64,000 nt of DNA from a virus (Duplodnaviria; Heunggongvirae; Uroviricota; Caudoviricetes): the IMG/VR virus record IMGVR_UViG_3300021961_000056; one strand, written 5' to 3'. The notes under the pieces are model-generated. The model had not been told where the DNA came from. It searched no databases and was given only the letters and a program-made list of their open reading frames with translations. Below are positions 1 to 8,937 of this stretch, in pieces. The position numbers and the translations under genes were made by a program. The stretch's first letter is position 1; each line of letters starts with the position of its first letter.

Positions 1-5
1 AGTTT

Positions 6-962
6 ATGAATAACTATTTCATTTCACAAGATGAATTTAAAACTCATCATGAAGCATATCGGTATTTTAAAGACAAGAAAGTGTTGTTCACATTTGGGGA
101 TAGTTGGACTAATAATAACTATCTCAATAATGATTCTAATGGTAATTTTAATATAGGGTCATCACAGACAAACTATCCATATAAGACTTGGGCATATCGT
201 CTAATGGAACGTTTAGGATATGATTGCGTAGTGAATATTGCCACTAATGGTGGCTCTAATGAGGAAATATTTAAATGGTGTTTGGACACCATGTGTTTAT
301 ATGATGAATATACATTTGATAAATGTCGAATACATGAATTAGGAGCAAAAGAAATAAAAGTTGTTATAGAATGGTCTTCTCCTATTCGAAACTTCGGTCC
401 AGTGAATAAGCTTTTCCGCCCATTTAATGTATCCTCATTGCCATTTCCTTATACGCAAGGTGCTCCAACAGGGATGCATGACTTTTATGCTTTTTATATG
501 AATAATGGGTACACAGACATTAGTTCTTGGTACACACAAATATACACCATTGCTTTACAAAAATATTTTGCCAAGCATAACATTGAATCTTTTTATTTTA
601 TGGGATTCGCTCCATTGATTGAAGACCATAGAATGAACACTGAATGGGATTTACGAATTCATATAGAAGAAGATAGATTTTATAAATTATATGAAAGTGC
701 AAATAACATGGCTACTGTATTGAATGAGATGTGCGATGAACCAGCTAAGCATAAATTTTTAGTAGAAACATCCATGATGTTCGTAGATAACTTCAGAAAT
801 TTTTATAGAAAAGTTTTAAAGAATGTCACAAATGAATATTGGGATTCCCAGCAAATTCCTAATCCGAAACTGTTTATTCCTGATGGCCACCCCAATGTTG
901 AAGGATTGGACATCATAAGCCATGAGATATATAAACTTATAACTAGTAAAAAAAATGATTAA
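6..962 (+). CDS. SGNH/GDSL-family hydrolase-like protein (paralog 1)
   Basis: 318-aa ORF; block-I-like FGDSWT near N-terminus and block-V-like DGHPN near C-terminus; AT-rich; starts at window edge. Confidence 0.6.
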   Translation: MNNYFISQDEFKTHHEAYRYFKDKKVLFTFGDSWTNNNYLNNDSNGNFNIGSSQTNYPYKTWAYRLMERLGYDCVVNIATNGGSNEEIFKWCLDTMCLYDEYTFDKCRIHELGAKEIKVVIEWSSPIRNFGPVNKLFRPFNVSSLPFPYTQGAPTGMHDFYAFYMNNGYTDISSWYTQIYTIALQKYFAKHNIESFYFMGFAPLIEDHRMNTEWDLRIHIEEDRFYKLYESANNMATVLNEMCDEPAKHKFLVETSMMFVDNFRNFYRKVLKNVTNEYWDSQQIPNPKLFIPDGHPNVEGLDIISHEIYKLITSKKND

Positions 963-1740
963 TGGACTTTTACATGCATATGGTTGTAGCTGGACTGAAG
1001 GTGAAGGAAGTTATGTACCCGAGGTGGCACTAATATCCAATAGAGAAGATAAAAAGATTTTTCGAAATCAATATTCTTGGCCTAGAGTATTGGCTAATCA
1101 TCTAGGAATCCGAGATATTAACAATGGAATAGGAGGCAACGCCAACTTAAAAATATTCAATTCTGTTGTTCAAGATTTGCGATACGGAAAAATAAGTCAA
1201 GATGACTTGGTTGTTATAATGTGGAGTTCATCTCTTAGAGATTATGTTCCCTTTCTGCCTAGAGGAGAATGGGTGAGTTGGTCAGTAAAACATCTTGTAG
1301 AAAGACCGGACAAATTTATTCTTTCTTATAGAAGCGATGATGAAAGATTTGATTCATTCTTTCAAGAGTATAAAAAAATGTATGTGGGACACTTATATAA
1401 TAAAAATTATTATAATATTGTGAATCAAAATTACATTATATTTTTACAAGAAATGTTTAAGTCATATAAAATTCGTTATGTTATGGCAGAATCTTTTGAT
1501 CCAATGCTTTTAGATGTAACAGAAGAAGATGATAGAAGTTATTTGATTAACTCGGATTATTATTGGGGATTTAAAAAACAAAACTTTAGAGATTTTCTAA
1601 ACAGAACCAAACGTATAGATGTATGGGAATACCAGGATGAGACTTATGAAAATAGACCTACACAGCATCCTAATCAACACGGGTATAAAATAATAGGCGA
1701 TGAGTTATATCGTTTTGTCAAAGAAAGAATAACATTATAG
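955..1740 (+). CDS. SGNH/GDSL-family hydrolase-like protein (paralog 2)
   Basis: 261 aa; YGCSWTEGEG motif at N-terminus, NGIGGN block II-like, C-terminal HPNQHG; 8-nt overlap with paralog 1. Confidence 0.55.
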   Translation: MINGLLHAYGCSWTEGEGSYVPEVALISNREDKKIFRNQYSWPRVLANHLGIRDINNGIGGNANLKIFNSVVQDLRYGKISQDDLVVIMWSSSLRDYVPFLPRGEWVSWSVKHLVERPDKFILSYRSDDERFDSFFQEYKKMYVGHLYNKNYYNIVNQNYIIFLQEMFKSYKIRYVMAESFDPMLLDVTEEDDRSYLINSDYYWGFKKQNFRDFLNRTKRIDVWEYQDETYENRPTQHPNQHGYKIIGDELYRFVKERITL

Positions 1741-1748
1741 GAGTTACA

Positions 1749-2342
1749 ATGGAAAAAACAAGTGATGTGAACACCCTAGGTATGGCATTTGTTGACCGCC
1801 CCTTAGCCAAGGTACATAAGTTTTATTTGTCAGGTGAAATAAAAGCTCCTTCAGAATATGTTCCTTGGTTTGAAACAATAAGAAATGCGTCCGAAAGTGA
1901 TGTAGTGGTGTTACATATTAATAGTTACGGTGGTGATTTGTTTACTGCCATTCAATTCATGAGAACCATGGCAGAAACCAAGGCGAACATTGTGGCATCA
2001 GTTGAAGGTGCTTGCATGAGTGCTGCCACAGTGATTTTCTTGTCAGCCAAGAATTGGGAAATTAGCAAGCATTCCATGTTCATGTTCCATAACTACAGCT
2101 CAGGTAGTTTTGGTAAGGGTGGTGAAATGTATGATAACATTGTACATGAACGGGAATGGAGCCACAAGTTATGGAAGGATGTATATTCAGGATTTCTTTC
2201 TGATACAGAAATACAATCCATTTTACAGAACAAGGATATTTGGATGTCAGGTGAAGAAGTGACTAAGCGTTTGAATAATAAGTTCAAGAAACCAGTTAAA
2301 AAAACGAAAGCTTCCCCGAGAAAGAAGGCTGTAACTCGTTGA
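1749..2342 (+). CDS. ClpP-family serine protease-like protein
   Basis: INSYGGDLFTAIQF...EGACMSAATVIF...FMFHNY resembles ClpP (INSPGG / ICMGQAAS / HQP) active-site blocks. Confidence 0.6.
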   Translation: MEKTSDVNTLGMAFVDRPLAKVHKFYLSGEIKAPSEYVPWFETIRNASESDVVVLHINSYGGDLFTAIQFMRTMAETKANIVASVEGACMSAATVIFLSAKNWEISKHSMFMFHNYSSGSFGKGGEMYDNIVHEREWSHKLWKDVYSGFLSDTEIQSILQNKDIWMSGEEVTKRLNNKFKKPVKKTKASPRKKAVTR

Positions 2343-2397
2343 TTTTCAAGCACTTACGAAGCACTTGACATTTTGATGTTCAGGAGTTACATTTAAT
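2338..2397 (+). promoter_or_regulatory. Stem-loop/promoter cassette copy 1 (degenerate): TTGACA(2365-2370)-17bp-TACATT(2388-2393)TAAT
   Basis: Shares GTTGATTTTCAAGCACTTAC...CTTGACA...ATTTAAT with five other copies; overlaps stop codon of upstream gene. Confidence 0.55.
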
Positions 2398-2434
2398 ATG
2401 TAGCTTCTGAACATCACCTTTTTGGGGAGACGCA

Positions 2435-4624
2435 ATGGCAAACTCGCTTGACACCACCAAGAGTGCTCTCGGCCGGCTTCTGGCTTCGGAAAACATCCGT
2501 GTTGAGCACAAGCAAGTTAATGGTCCTTCATTTGATGTCAAGGCTCGCGTCTTGACTCTTCCTATTTGGAAGGATGTGGATTCCGACCTGTATGACCTGA
2601 TGATTGGTCATGAGGTGGGTCATGCCTTGTTTACACCAGCCGAAGGTTGGATGGATGAGGTGAAGGCGTTGGGTAAGAGCTTCAAGAGCATGCTTAACCT
2701 TGTTGAGGATGCGCGTATTGAGCGTAAGATGAAGCGCAAGTATCCAGGTCTTACTCGCCCCATGTATAACGGTTACACCACTCTGGTGGACCGTGGATTC
2801 TTTGGTGTCACCATTGATGAAATGGCAAGCCTTCCCTTTGCCGACCGTCTGAATGTTTACTTCAAGTTGGGTGTGCGCTCTGGTGTGCAATTCAATGAGA
2901 AGGAGCAATCGCTTGTGGATCGCATCGAGGTGGCGGAGAGCTTCGAGGAAGTGATTGCTCTTGCCAAGGAGCTTCATGCCGTGGCTTCTTCTGAGGCCAG
3001 CGACCTTGAGGATTTCTTTGATTCTCTTCCTGATGATTTCGACCCTGAGGCTCAGGGTGAGGGTGAGGAGATGGAGGGTGAGGGTGAGGTCATGACCTCT
3101 GAGCAATTCAAGCAAGGTATCCAGCGCCTCCGTGATGCCGGTCGGCATGAGTTGGCGGACCGCTTGGAACAAGCTTCGGACCGTGTGATGTCGAAGCTCC
3201 AGGAACAGAATAGCAAGGATCCTTCGTCATCCACTCAGGAGGCGCTGGATGCCGCTCAGGACAAGCTCATTGATGGAAGTGCGTATCCCAATGAGTATGT
3301 CACCATGCCTGATGTGGATCCGCGTGAGTATGTCATCCCTAGTGCCATCACCTACTCCATGATGCAGTTCAGTGATAACACGTTACAGAAAAAGGAAACG
3401 CTTTATTCCGATTTCATGCGTACCACGAAGCGGTATGTGAATTATCTGGTTCGTGAATTTGAATTGAACCGTAACGCCTCGCAGTTTGCCAAGGCAAAGA
3501 CCTATAAGACGGGCAAGCTGGATGTGGACAAGGTTTGGAAGTATCGTCTTTCTGAGAATTTGTTTCTGACCAATACCGTGGTGCCGAATGGCAAGAATCA
3601 TGGCATGCTCATGGTGGTGGATTTGTCCAGCTCCATGTGCAACAACATCCCGGGCACTGTTGAGCAATTGATTTCTTTGGTGATGTTCTGTCGCAAGGTG
3701 AACATTCCATTTGATGTCTATGGCTTCACGGATGCCAGCCATTGGATGGAGGAGTATGCCAAGGTGGGTGTTGAGTACACCTATGACCGTGAGAGCCGGT
3801 ATCAGGACAATCGTAAGAACAACTGGCAGCACAATGATTTAACCATCAAGAATCCTTCTTTCCGATTAAAGCAATTCTTTCATTCTGGCATGACCACGCC
3901 TGAGTTCAACGAGGCGGTGAAGATGATGCTCATGGTAGCCAATGTGTACAAGAGTGCATACAGCAGAAGCTTCTATGCCAACTATCAGCACATCCCGGCA
4001 GGTATGGATCTGGGTGGCACGCCGTTGAATGAGGCGATTCTGGTGCTTCGCAAGATTGCTGATGATTTCAAGAAGGCGTATAAGATTGAGGTGTTGAACA
4101 CCATTATTCTCACAGATGGTGATGCCTCGTATCGCCTAGGTGTTCATAAGGTTGCCACACCTGATGCAGATACAGAAAACACTTATCGTGTGAATTATGT
4201 TATTGAAAACAAAAAGACACGGCATCAGGTTCGTGTAACTCAGAGACATGGTTCTGGATGGACCAAGGCGTTGCTGGAAATGTACAAGCACATGACGGGT
4301 TCGCGGGTGATTGGATTCTATCTGTTCAATGGCAATCCCAAGAGCAACCTTTATCGGTATGCTGTTCAGGAGCCTGATTTCTCGCACAGCAATTTCGAAT
4401 TGCAATACAAGGAAGAGTATGCCAAGAACAAGTACTTTGGTTTGCGTACAAAGGGATATGATGTTTTCTTCATGATTTCTGGTGATGAGCTGGAGGTGGA
4501 GGAAGTGACCATGGAAACCACCATGAAGTCTGCCAAGACGTTGTTCACCGCCTTTAAGCGGATGCAAACCACCAAGCAGATTTCTCGGGTATTTCTGAAT
4601 AGTTTCATCAAGCAAGTCGCCTAG
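2435..4624 (+). CDS. von Willebrand factor A (vWA) domain protein, CobT-like, with N-terminal HEVGH motif
   Basis: 729 aa; MIDAS-like MLMVVDLSSSM; HExxH (LMIGHEVGHALF) near N-terminus; immediately upstream of CobS-like AAA+ gene as in cobT/cobS pairs. Confidence 0.65.
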   Translation: MANSLDTTKSALGRLLASENIRVEHKQVNGPSFDVKARVLTLPIWKDVDSDLYDLMIGHEVGHALFTPAEGWMDEVKALGKSFKSMLNLVEDARIERKMKRKYPGLTRPMYNGYTTLVDRGFFGVTIDEMASLPFADRLNVYFKLGVRSGVQFNEKEQSLVDRIEVAESFEEVIALAKELHAVASSEASDLEDFFDSLPDDFDPEAQGEGEEMEGEGEVMTSEQFKQGIQRLRDAGRHELADRLEQASDRVMSKLQEQNSKDPSSSTQEALDAAQDKLIDGSAYPNEYVTMPDVDPREYVIPSAITYSMMQFSDNTLQKKETLYSDFMRTTKRYVNYLVREFELNRNASQFAKAKTYKTGKLDVDKVWKYRLSENLFLTNTVVPNGKNHGMLMVVDLSSSMCNNIPGTVEQLISLVMFCRKVNIPFDVYGFTDASHWMEEYAKVGVEYTYDRESRYQDNRKNNWQHNDLTIKNPSFRLKQFFHSGMTTPEFNEAVKMMLMVANVYKSAYSRSFYANYQHIPAGMDLGGTPLNEAILVLRKIADDFKKAYKIEVLNTIILTDGDASYRLGVHKVATPDADTENTYRVNYVIENKKTRHQVRVTQRHGSGWTKALLEMYKHMTGSRVIGFYLFNGNPKSNLYRYAVQEPDFSHSNFELQYKEEYAKNKYFGLRTKGYDVFFMISGDELEVEEVTMETTMKSAKTLFTAFKRMQTTKQISRVFLNSFIKQVA

Positions 4625-4637
4625 CCCCTAGGAGACA

Positions 4638-4707
4638 CCCTCGTAAGTTGTTGATTTTACAGCACTTACGAGGGCTTGACAAAAGGGTAGAAATTCGTTA
4701 TATTTAA
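4638..4707 (+). promoter_or_regulatory. Stem-loop/promoter cassette copy 2: hairpin CCCTCGTAAGT/ACTTACGAGGG then TTGACA(4676-4681)-17bp-TATATT(4699-4704)
   Basis: 11-bp inverted repeat 4638-4648/4664-4674; exact sigma70-like -35/-10 with 17-bp spacer. Confidence 0.7.
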
Positions 4708-4746
4708 TGTATGAGTTCGAGATGTCCACTTCATCATGGGGGTACT

Positions 4747-5898
4747 ATGTCGGTACAGGTTCTGGTTGATGCTCTTCGCAACACTGGCAAGACGCAGTTC
4801 ACGCGACCCGAAATCAATGAGGTTGCCAAGCAGATTAATGTAAATCCCAGCAAGTTCCTTTCCAATCCTCAGAACAAGATTCAGCGTGGCTTGTACGGCA
4901 TTGACATGACGCCGAAGGTGGATACTTGTGAGTATAGCAACCTTCCGGCTCCAGCCGCCTATCAGCCTACTACGATGCTTCTGGCTCAGCCAAAGCTCAA
5001 GGTGGAGGTGGACAATCTGGTCCCGAACAAGGATGCCACGTATGTCGCGTTCGGCTTTCACAAGGATCTGAACACCATTCTTTCTTCCAAGCAGTTTTAT
5101 CCGGTGTTCATCACGGGTCTTTCTGGTAATGGTAAGACCACGATGGTGGAGCAGGTGTGTGCTGTGCTGAAGCGTGAGTGTATCCGTGTGAACATCAGCA
5201 TTGAGACGGACGAGGATGACCTTATCGGTGGCAACACGCTTGTGGATGGCAACGTGGTGTATCGTGAGGGTCCGGTCACCATTGCCATGAAGCGTGGCGC
5301 CGTTCTGATTCTGGATGAGTGTGACCGTGGCAGCAATAAGCTCATGTGTCTCCAGGCCATTCTGGAAGGCAAGCCCTACTTCAATAAGAAGACCGGCGAG
5401 ACCATTTATCCTGCGCCTGGCTTCAACATTGTGGCGACTGCTAATACCAAGGGTCAGGGTATGGGTGATGGCAAGTATATGTCAGCTCAAATTCTGGATG
5501 ACGCCTTCCTTGAGCGCTTTGCCGTCACCATCGAGCAGGAGTATCCTTCTAGCAAGGTGGAGAAGAAGATTATCATGAAGAAGATGGCGCGTGTGGAGAA
5601 GGTGGACGAGGACTTTGCTGATAAGTTGGTGCAGTGGTCGGATATTATCCGTAAGACGTTCCGTGAGGGTGCCATTGACGACCTCATCTCCACGCGGCGT
5701 CTGGAGCATATTGTGAATGCCTTCGCCATGTTTGGTGACCGCATGAAGGCCATCAATCTCTGTATCGCTCGTTTCGACGAGGAGACCAAGACCAGCTTCC
5801 TCGACCTGTACACCAAGGTGGATGCAGGTGTCACGATGCCCTCGGCCGACCAGGCCGAGGCGGACGTTGGAATCATGGCACAGGATGTAACCTTTTAA
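4747..5898 (+). CDS. AAA+ ATPase, CobS/MoxR (AAA_5)-like
   Basis: Walker A GLSGNGKTT, Walker B LILDECDR; ORF opens at 4711 but ATG at 4747 (MSVQVL, RBS GGGGG) is more likely given -10 box at 4699-4704. Confidence 0.7.
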   Translation: MSVQVLVDALRNTGKTQFTRPEINEVAKQINVNPSKFLSNPQNKIQRGLYGIDMTPKVDTCEYSNLPAPAAYQPTTMLLAQPKLKVEVDNLVPNKDATYVAFGFHKDLNTILSSKQFYPVFITGLSGNGKTTMVEQVCAVLKRECIRVNISIETDEDDLIGGNTLVDGNVVYREGPVTIAMKRGAVLILDECDRGSNKLMCLQAILEGKPYFNKKTGETIYPAPGFNIVATANTKGQGMGDGKYMSAQILDDAFLERFAVTIEQEYPSSKVEKKIIMKKMARVEKVDEDFADKLVQWSDIIRKTFREGAIDDLISTRRLEHIVNAFAMFGDRMKAINLCIARFDEETKTSFLDLYTKVDAGVTMPSADQAEADVGIMAQDVTF

Positions 5899-5912
5899 TC
5901 AGGTAATAGGCA

Positions 5913-6194
5913 ATGGATCTGGAACGCTTTGATTTAGGAAATGGGAAATTCATTTGGGCTCATCCCAAAGAAAAGTGTCATGGTGAACATTGTACAATTC
6001 ACAATCCCAGCAATCATAAGATGAAAGATTGGCCTTTGAATTGGAGAACAGATAGGTATATGATGGAGCGAGTTTGTGAACATGGTGTTGGACATCCGGA
6101 TCCAGACCATATGGCATTCATCAGAGATAAGCATGGTGATGAGTATGCCAACGTGGAAGGAATTCATGGGTGTGATGGATGTTGTCATGACTAA
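5913..6194 (+). CDS. Cys/His-rich small protein (putative metal-binding)
   Basis: 93 aa with many His/Cys (HGEHCTIH, GIHGCDGCCHD); ATGA overlap with downstream gene. Confidence 0.45.
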   Translation: MDLERFDLGNGKFIWAHPKEKCHGEHCTIHNPSNHKMKDWPLNWRTDRYMMERVCEHGVGHPDPDHMAFIRDKHGDEYANVEGIHGCDGCCHD

Positions 6195-6798
6195 TCCCAT
6201 GGTGAATTATTCTGAAATCACGAAACAAATGGCTAGTCAAATGTACAATGTTCGTGATGAGTACAAGGCTAATACGTATGAACAGAATGTTGCCATTTCC
6301 ATTAGTGAACAGCGTCCGTTTTCAGTAGGTGCCATTAATGTAACAGGTGAATTGAATATAGGAATGATGATTCGGTCGGCGTGTCTATTGGGTGCAGAAA
6401 ACTTCTATATCTTTGGACGCAAGAAATTCGATAAGCGGTCTACTGTAGGGGCTGAGAAATATATTAATATTGTCCAGTATGTGTTTGATGACCCGATACA
6501 CGCTGACGCCGAAATCAATAATCAATTAGAGTATTTACTGAAATGGAACAGCGTGGTGTTGTGTGAACATGGTGGCACCATGGTGGGTACACAACAGGCG
6601 AAGCAACTATATCAGAATGAATGGATGCGTCCCTTGTTCATGTTTGGTAGTGAGAGTCATGGAATGCCCGCCATTGTTGCCGACAATCCACACTTCTATA
6701 AGTTGAGTATTCCACAACGGGGTGTTCTTCGCAGTTTCAATGTATCAGCAGCAATGAATATCATTTTATGGGATTATTTAAAGGAGATGTATATATGA
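6187..6798 (+). CDS. SpoU/TrmH-family (SPOUT) RNA 2'-O-methyltransferase
   Basis: IGMMIRSACLLGAENFYIFG and C-terminal LSIPQRGVLRSFNVSAAMNIILWDY match SpoU motifs 1 and 3; ATG 6187 overlaps upstream stop. Confidence 0.7.
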   Translation: MTNPMVNYSEITKQMASQMYNVRDEYKANTYEQNVAISISEQRPFSVGAINVTGELNIGMMIRSACLLGAENFYIFGRKKFDKRSTVGAEKYINIVQYVFDDPIHADAEINNQLEYLLKWNSVVLCEHGGTMVGTQQAKQLYQNEWMRPLFMFGSESHGMPAIVADNPHFYKLSIPQRGVLRSFNVSAAMNIILWDYLKEMYI

Positions 6799-7007
6799 TA
6801 TGTAATGAGTGTAAGCAAAACAATCTACGAAGCAGGGTGTATATATTAGATAGCTTCTATGATTTACAGGAAGCACAAGATAGATTTTTCGATGAGGATG
6901 GTAGGTGGCACGTTCACGATACCAATTCTATAACTACAAAATATCGTTGTACTAAAAATCATGAATGGTCACAGGTGAAATATGCAACATGCTGGTGTGA
7001 AACTTAA
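6768..7007 (+). CDS. small Cys-rich hypothetical protein
   Basis: 79-aa ORF with CNECK...C...CWC pattern; start uncertain (alternative MICNECK). Confidence 0.4.
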   Translation: MGLFKGDVYMICNECKQNNLRSRVYILDSFYDLQEAQDRFFDEDGRWHVHDTNSITTKYRCTKNHEWSQVKYATCWCET

Positions 7008-7260
7008 AGAAGCAGCAGTACTATTTTTTATTCAAGTCTTAAGTTACACGATTTGGTGTATCAACTTCCGTGCGGTTGCTGATGCTCAATATCATACCGC
7101 AGCAGTAAGTGACTTTATGATTGCCTCTATTCAGTTCTTTGTGATTCGTCGTATTGCTCACGGACAAGACCATCTCCACCAATGGGCAGGATATGCGTTG
7201 GGGTCTGTCGCAGGAAGTTATCTGGGGATTTGGATTTCCGCAACATTCTTGGGAGGTTGA
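6982..7260 (+). CDS. hypothetical membrane protein
   Basis: 92 aa, two hydrophobic segments. Confidence 0.45.
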   Translation: MQHAGVKLKEAAVLFFIQVLSYTIWCINFRAVADAQYHTAAVSDFMIASIQFFVIRRIAHGQDHLHQWAGYALGSVAGSYLGIWISATFLGG

Positions 7261-7261
7261 T

Positions 7262-7426
7262 ATGAGTGAAGGATTAGCTATTACATTGACGATTATCGTA
7301 ACCACTATCGTTGGAATAGGAATATCCACCACGTTCTATGCACGGTGTCGTGATTGCAGGGCAAAGATATACAAACATGCTACCCACAAGTGTCCAGTAT
7401 CGGGTAAACGATATAGGGGGATGTAA
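7262..7426 (+). CDS. small membrane protein
   Basis: 54 aa from ATG 7262 (MSEGLAITLTIIVTTIVGIGI...), single TM then CxxC. Confidence 0.35.
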   Translation: MSEGLAITLTIIVTTIVGIGISTTFYARCRDCRAKIYKHATHKCPVSGKRYRGM

Positions 7427-7611
7427 TGCACTTGACAAGAGAACAACTTCTTACTATCTTAAAGGAAGCCTATGTGAGGGGCATTTGGGACCACATACAA
7501 CAAAAAACCCAAAACAATTATAACCTAAATGTACTGATGAGTATATCCAGCAACATACCTGACCATGTAGTTGAAGATTTAATTAAGGAGGTTGAGAATG
7601 AAAATAGCTAG
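7426..7611 (+). CDS. hypothetical protein
   Basis: 61-aa ORF tightly packed (ATGA overlap). Confidence 0.4.
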   Translation: MHLTREQLLTILKEAYVRGIWDHIQQKTQNNYNLNVLMSISSNIPDHVVEDLIKEVENENS

Positions 7612-7951
7612 TCCACGTTATCCTACTTATGTAATTTACGAAGGATATGATAGAGCTTTAGCCTTGGAGTCGGTGGGACAAGGTTGGGCCCCATTAATCA
7701 ATGAAGTGTTTGATTACATGGAAAAAAATCCTTCTCCTACCAAGGTGATTCAGGTCAAAGAAAAGTTTGGGGGACTTCGTGTATATACTGATGGCATGGA
7801 TGATGGATTGGATGCCATCATTCGTTCTGTTGGAAAGCGAAGCTTTGAAGTGTGTGAGGATTGTGGACAACCTGGTGCCCTTCGTGAGGGTGGCTGGTAT
7901 CGTACGCTATGTGATGCACATGCAAATGGCAAAAAGAAAATCAAGGAGTGA
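7592..7951 (+). CDS. hypothetical protein
   Basis: 119-aa ORF, CEDCG motif. Confidence 0.45.
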   Translation: MRMKIASPRYPTYVIYEGYDRALALESVGQGWAPLINEVFDYMEKNPSPTKVIQVKEKFGGLRVYTDGMDDGLDAIIRSVGKRSFEVCEDCGQPGALREGGWYRTLCDAHANGKKKIKE

Positions 7952-8250
7952 TTATGTTAGAAGATATCAATTATCGGTTTCATGAAGATAGAATCTTAAA
8001 TGAACTTAAAGCTTACATTGATGCCACCTATGGTGAACATTATTCTCGAACCAAGTTTCAATCTGCCGAATTCATTTTCGACAATGGGCATGGTGTAGGG
8101 TTCACTGTTGGTAACATCATGAAGTATGCACAACGGTATGGTAAAAAGAACGGATACAATCGCAAAGACATCTTGAAAATCATTCACTACGCTATTATGT
8201 TACTATATGTACATGATGAAGGACAACATTTAAACACCACTGAGGAGTAA
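7948..8250 (+). CDS. DUF3310-like phage protein
   Basis: GFTVGNIMKYAQRYGKK...DILKIIHYAIMLL pattern typical of DUF3310. Confidence 0.5.
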   Translation: MIMLEDINYRFHEDRILNELKAYIDATYGEHYSRTKFQSAEFIFDNGHGVGFTVGNIMKYAQRYGKKNGYNRKDILKIIHYAIMLLYVHDEGQHLNTTEE

Positions 8251-8254
8251 CATT

Positions 8255-8935
8255 ATGAAGATTAGCAACAAGACACTTTCTCTACTACAGAGTTTCGCAC
8301 AAATTAGCAGCAACTTGCTAGTGAAGCCTGGCCAGAAGTTGGCAACGCGAAACGCTGTGAACAGCATTCAAGCACGTGCTGTTGTTGAGGAAACATTCCC
8401 ACAGCAGTTTGCCATCTATGATTTGAATCAGCTTCTATCTCTTATTTCTGTGTCACATAATCCTGACATTGAGTTTGGAGATAAGAGTCTGACTATTCGT
8501 TCTGAGAATGGTGGTGAAATTGAATATTTCTATGCTGATGAATCCCTGGTGACAGCGCCTAATGAGAATCCTCCTCAGCTCGAGGATGTGTATACATTCA
8601 AGATGACGGCATCTGACATTCAAACCATTGTCAAGACGGCTAGCATCGTGTCAGCTACCATGTTGAACATTGTGTCCGAGAAGGGTAAGGTGACACTTAG
8701 CATCAATGACCCGAAGAATACTACATCCCATAGCTACAAGAAGTCGTTGGGTGATTCTGACAAGTCATTCAATGTGAAGATGGCAATTGACAGCTTCAAG
8801 GTGGTGGCTGATGAATACAATGTTCGTGTAGCACATGCTGTCGCCAAGACAGGCAAGGTGTTAGTGTTCTTCTTTGAATCTACAACTTCTGATTTAACAT
8901 ATCTTATTGCGGCTGATTCTACCTCCAAGGTGTAA
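8255..8935 (+). CDS. 45: DNA polymerase sliding clamp (T4 gp45 homolog)
   Basis: N-terminus MKISNKTLSLLQSFAQISSNLLVKPGQ aligns with T4 gp45 MKLSKDTTALLKNFATINSGIMLKSGQ; 226 aa; 45-44-62-regA synteny. Confidence 0.9.
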   Translation: MKISNKTLSLLQSFAQISSNLLVKPGQKLATRNAVNSIQARAVVEETFPQQFAIYDLNQLLSLISVSHNPDIEFGDKSLTIRSENGGEIEYFYADESLVTAPNENPPQLEDVYTFKMTASDIQTIVKTASIVSATMLNIVSEKGKVTLSINDPKNTTSHSYKKSLGDSDKSFNVKMAIDSFKVVADEYNVRVAHAVAKTGKVLVFFFESTTSDLTYLIAADSTSKV

Positions 8936-8937
8936 TA

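Noticed and set aside
2093-5876. Minus-strand ORFs (2093-2353, 2528-3172, 3052-3234, 3383-3832, 4136-4615, 4366-4611, 4666-5061, 5097-5372, 5482-5709, 5487-5876) and + strand 5315-5578
   Set aside because: All overlap the long + strand ClpP-like, vWA and CobS-like genes in a GC-richer segment where spurious antisense or alternative-frame ORFs are expected. None has an RBS/promoter context or recognisable motifs.
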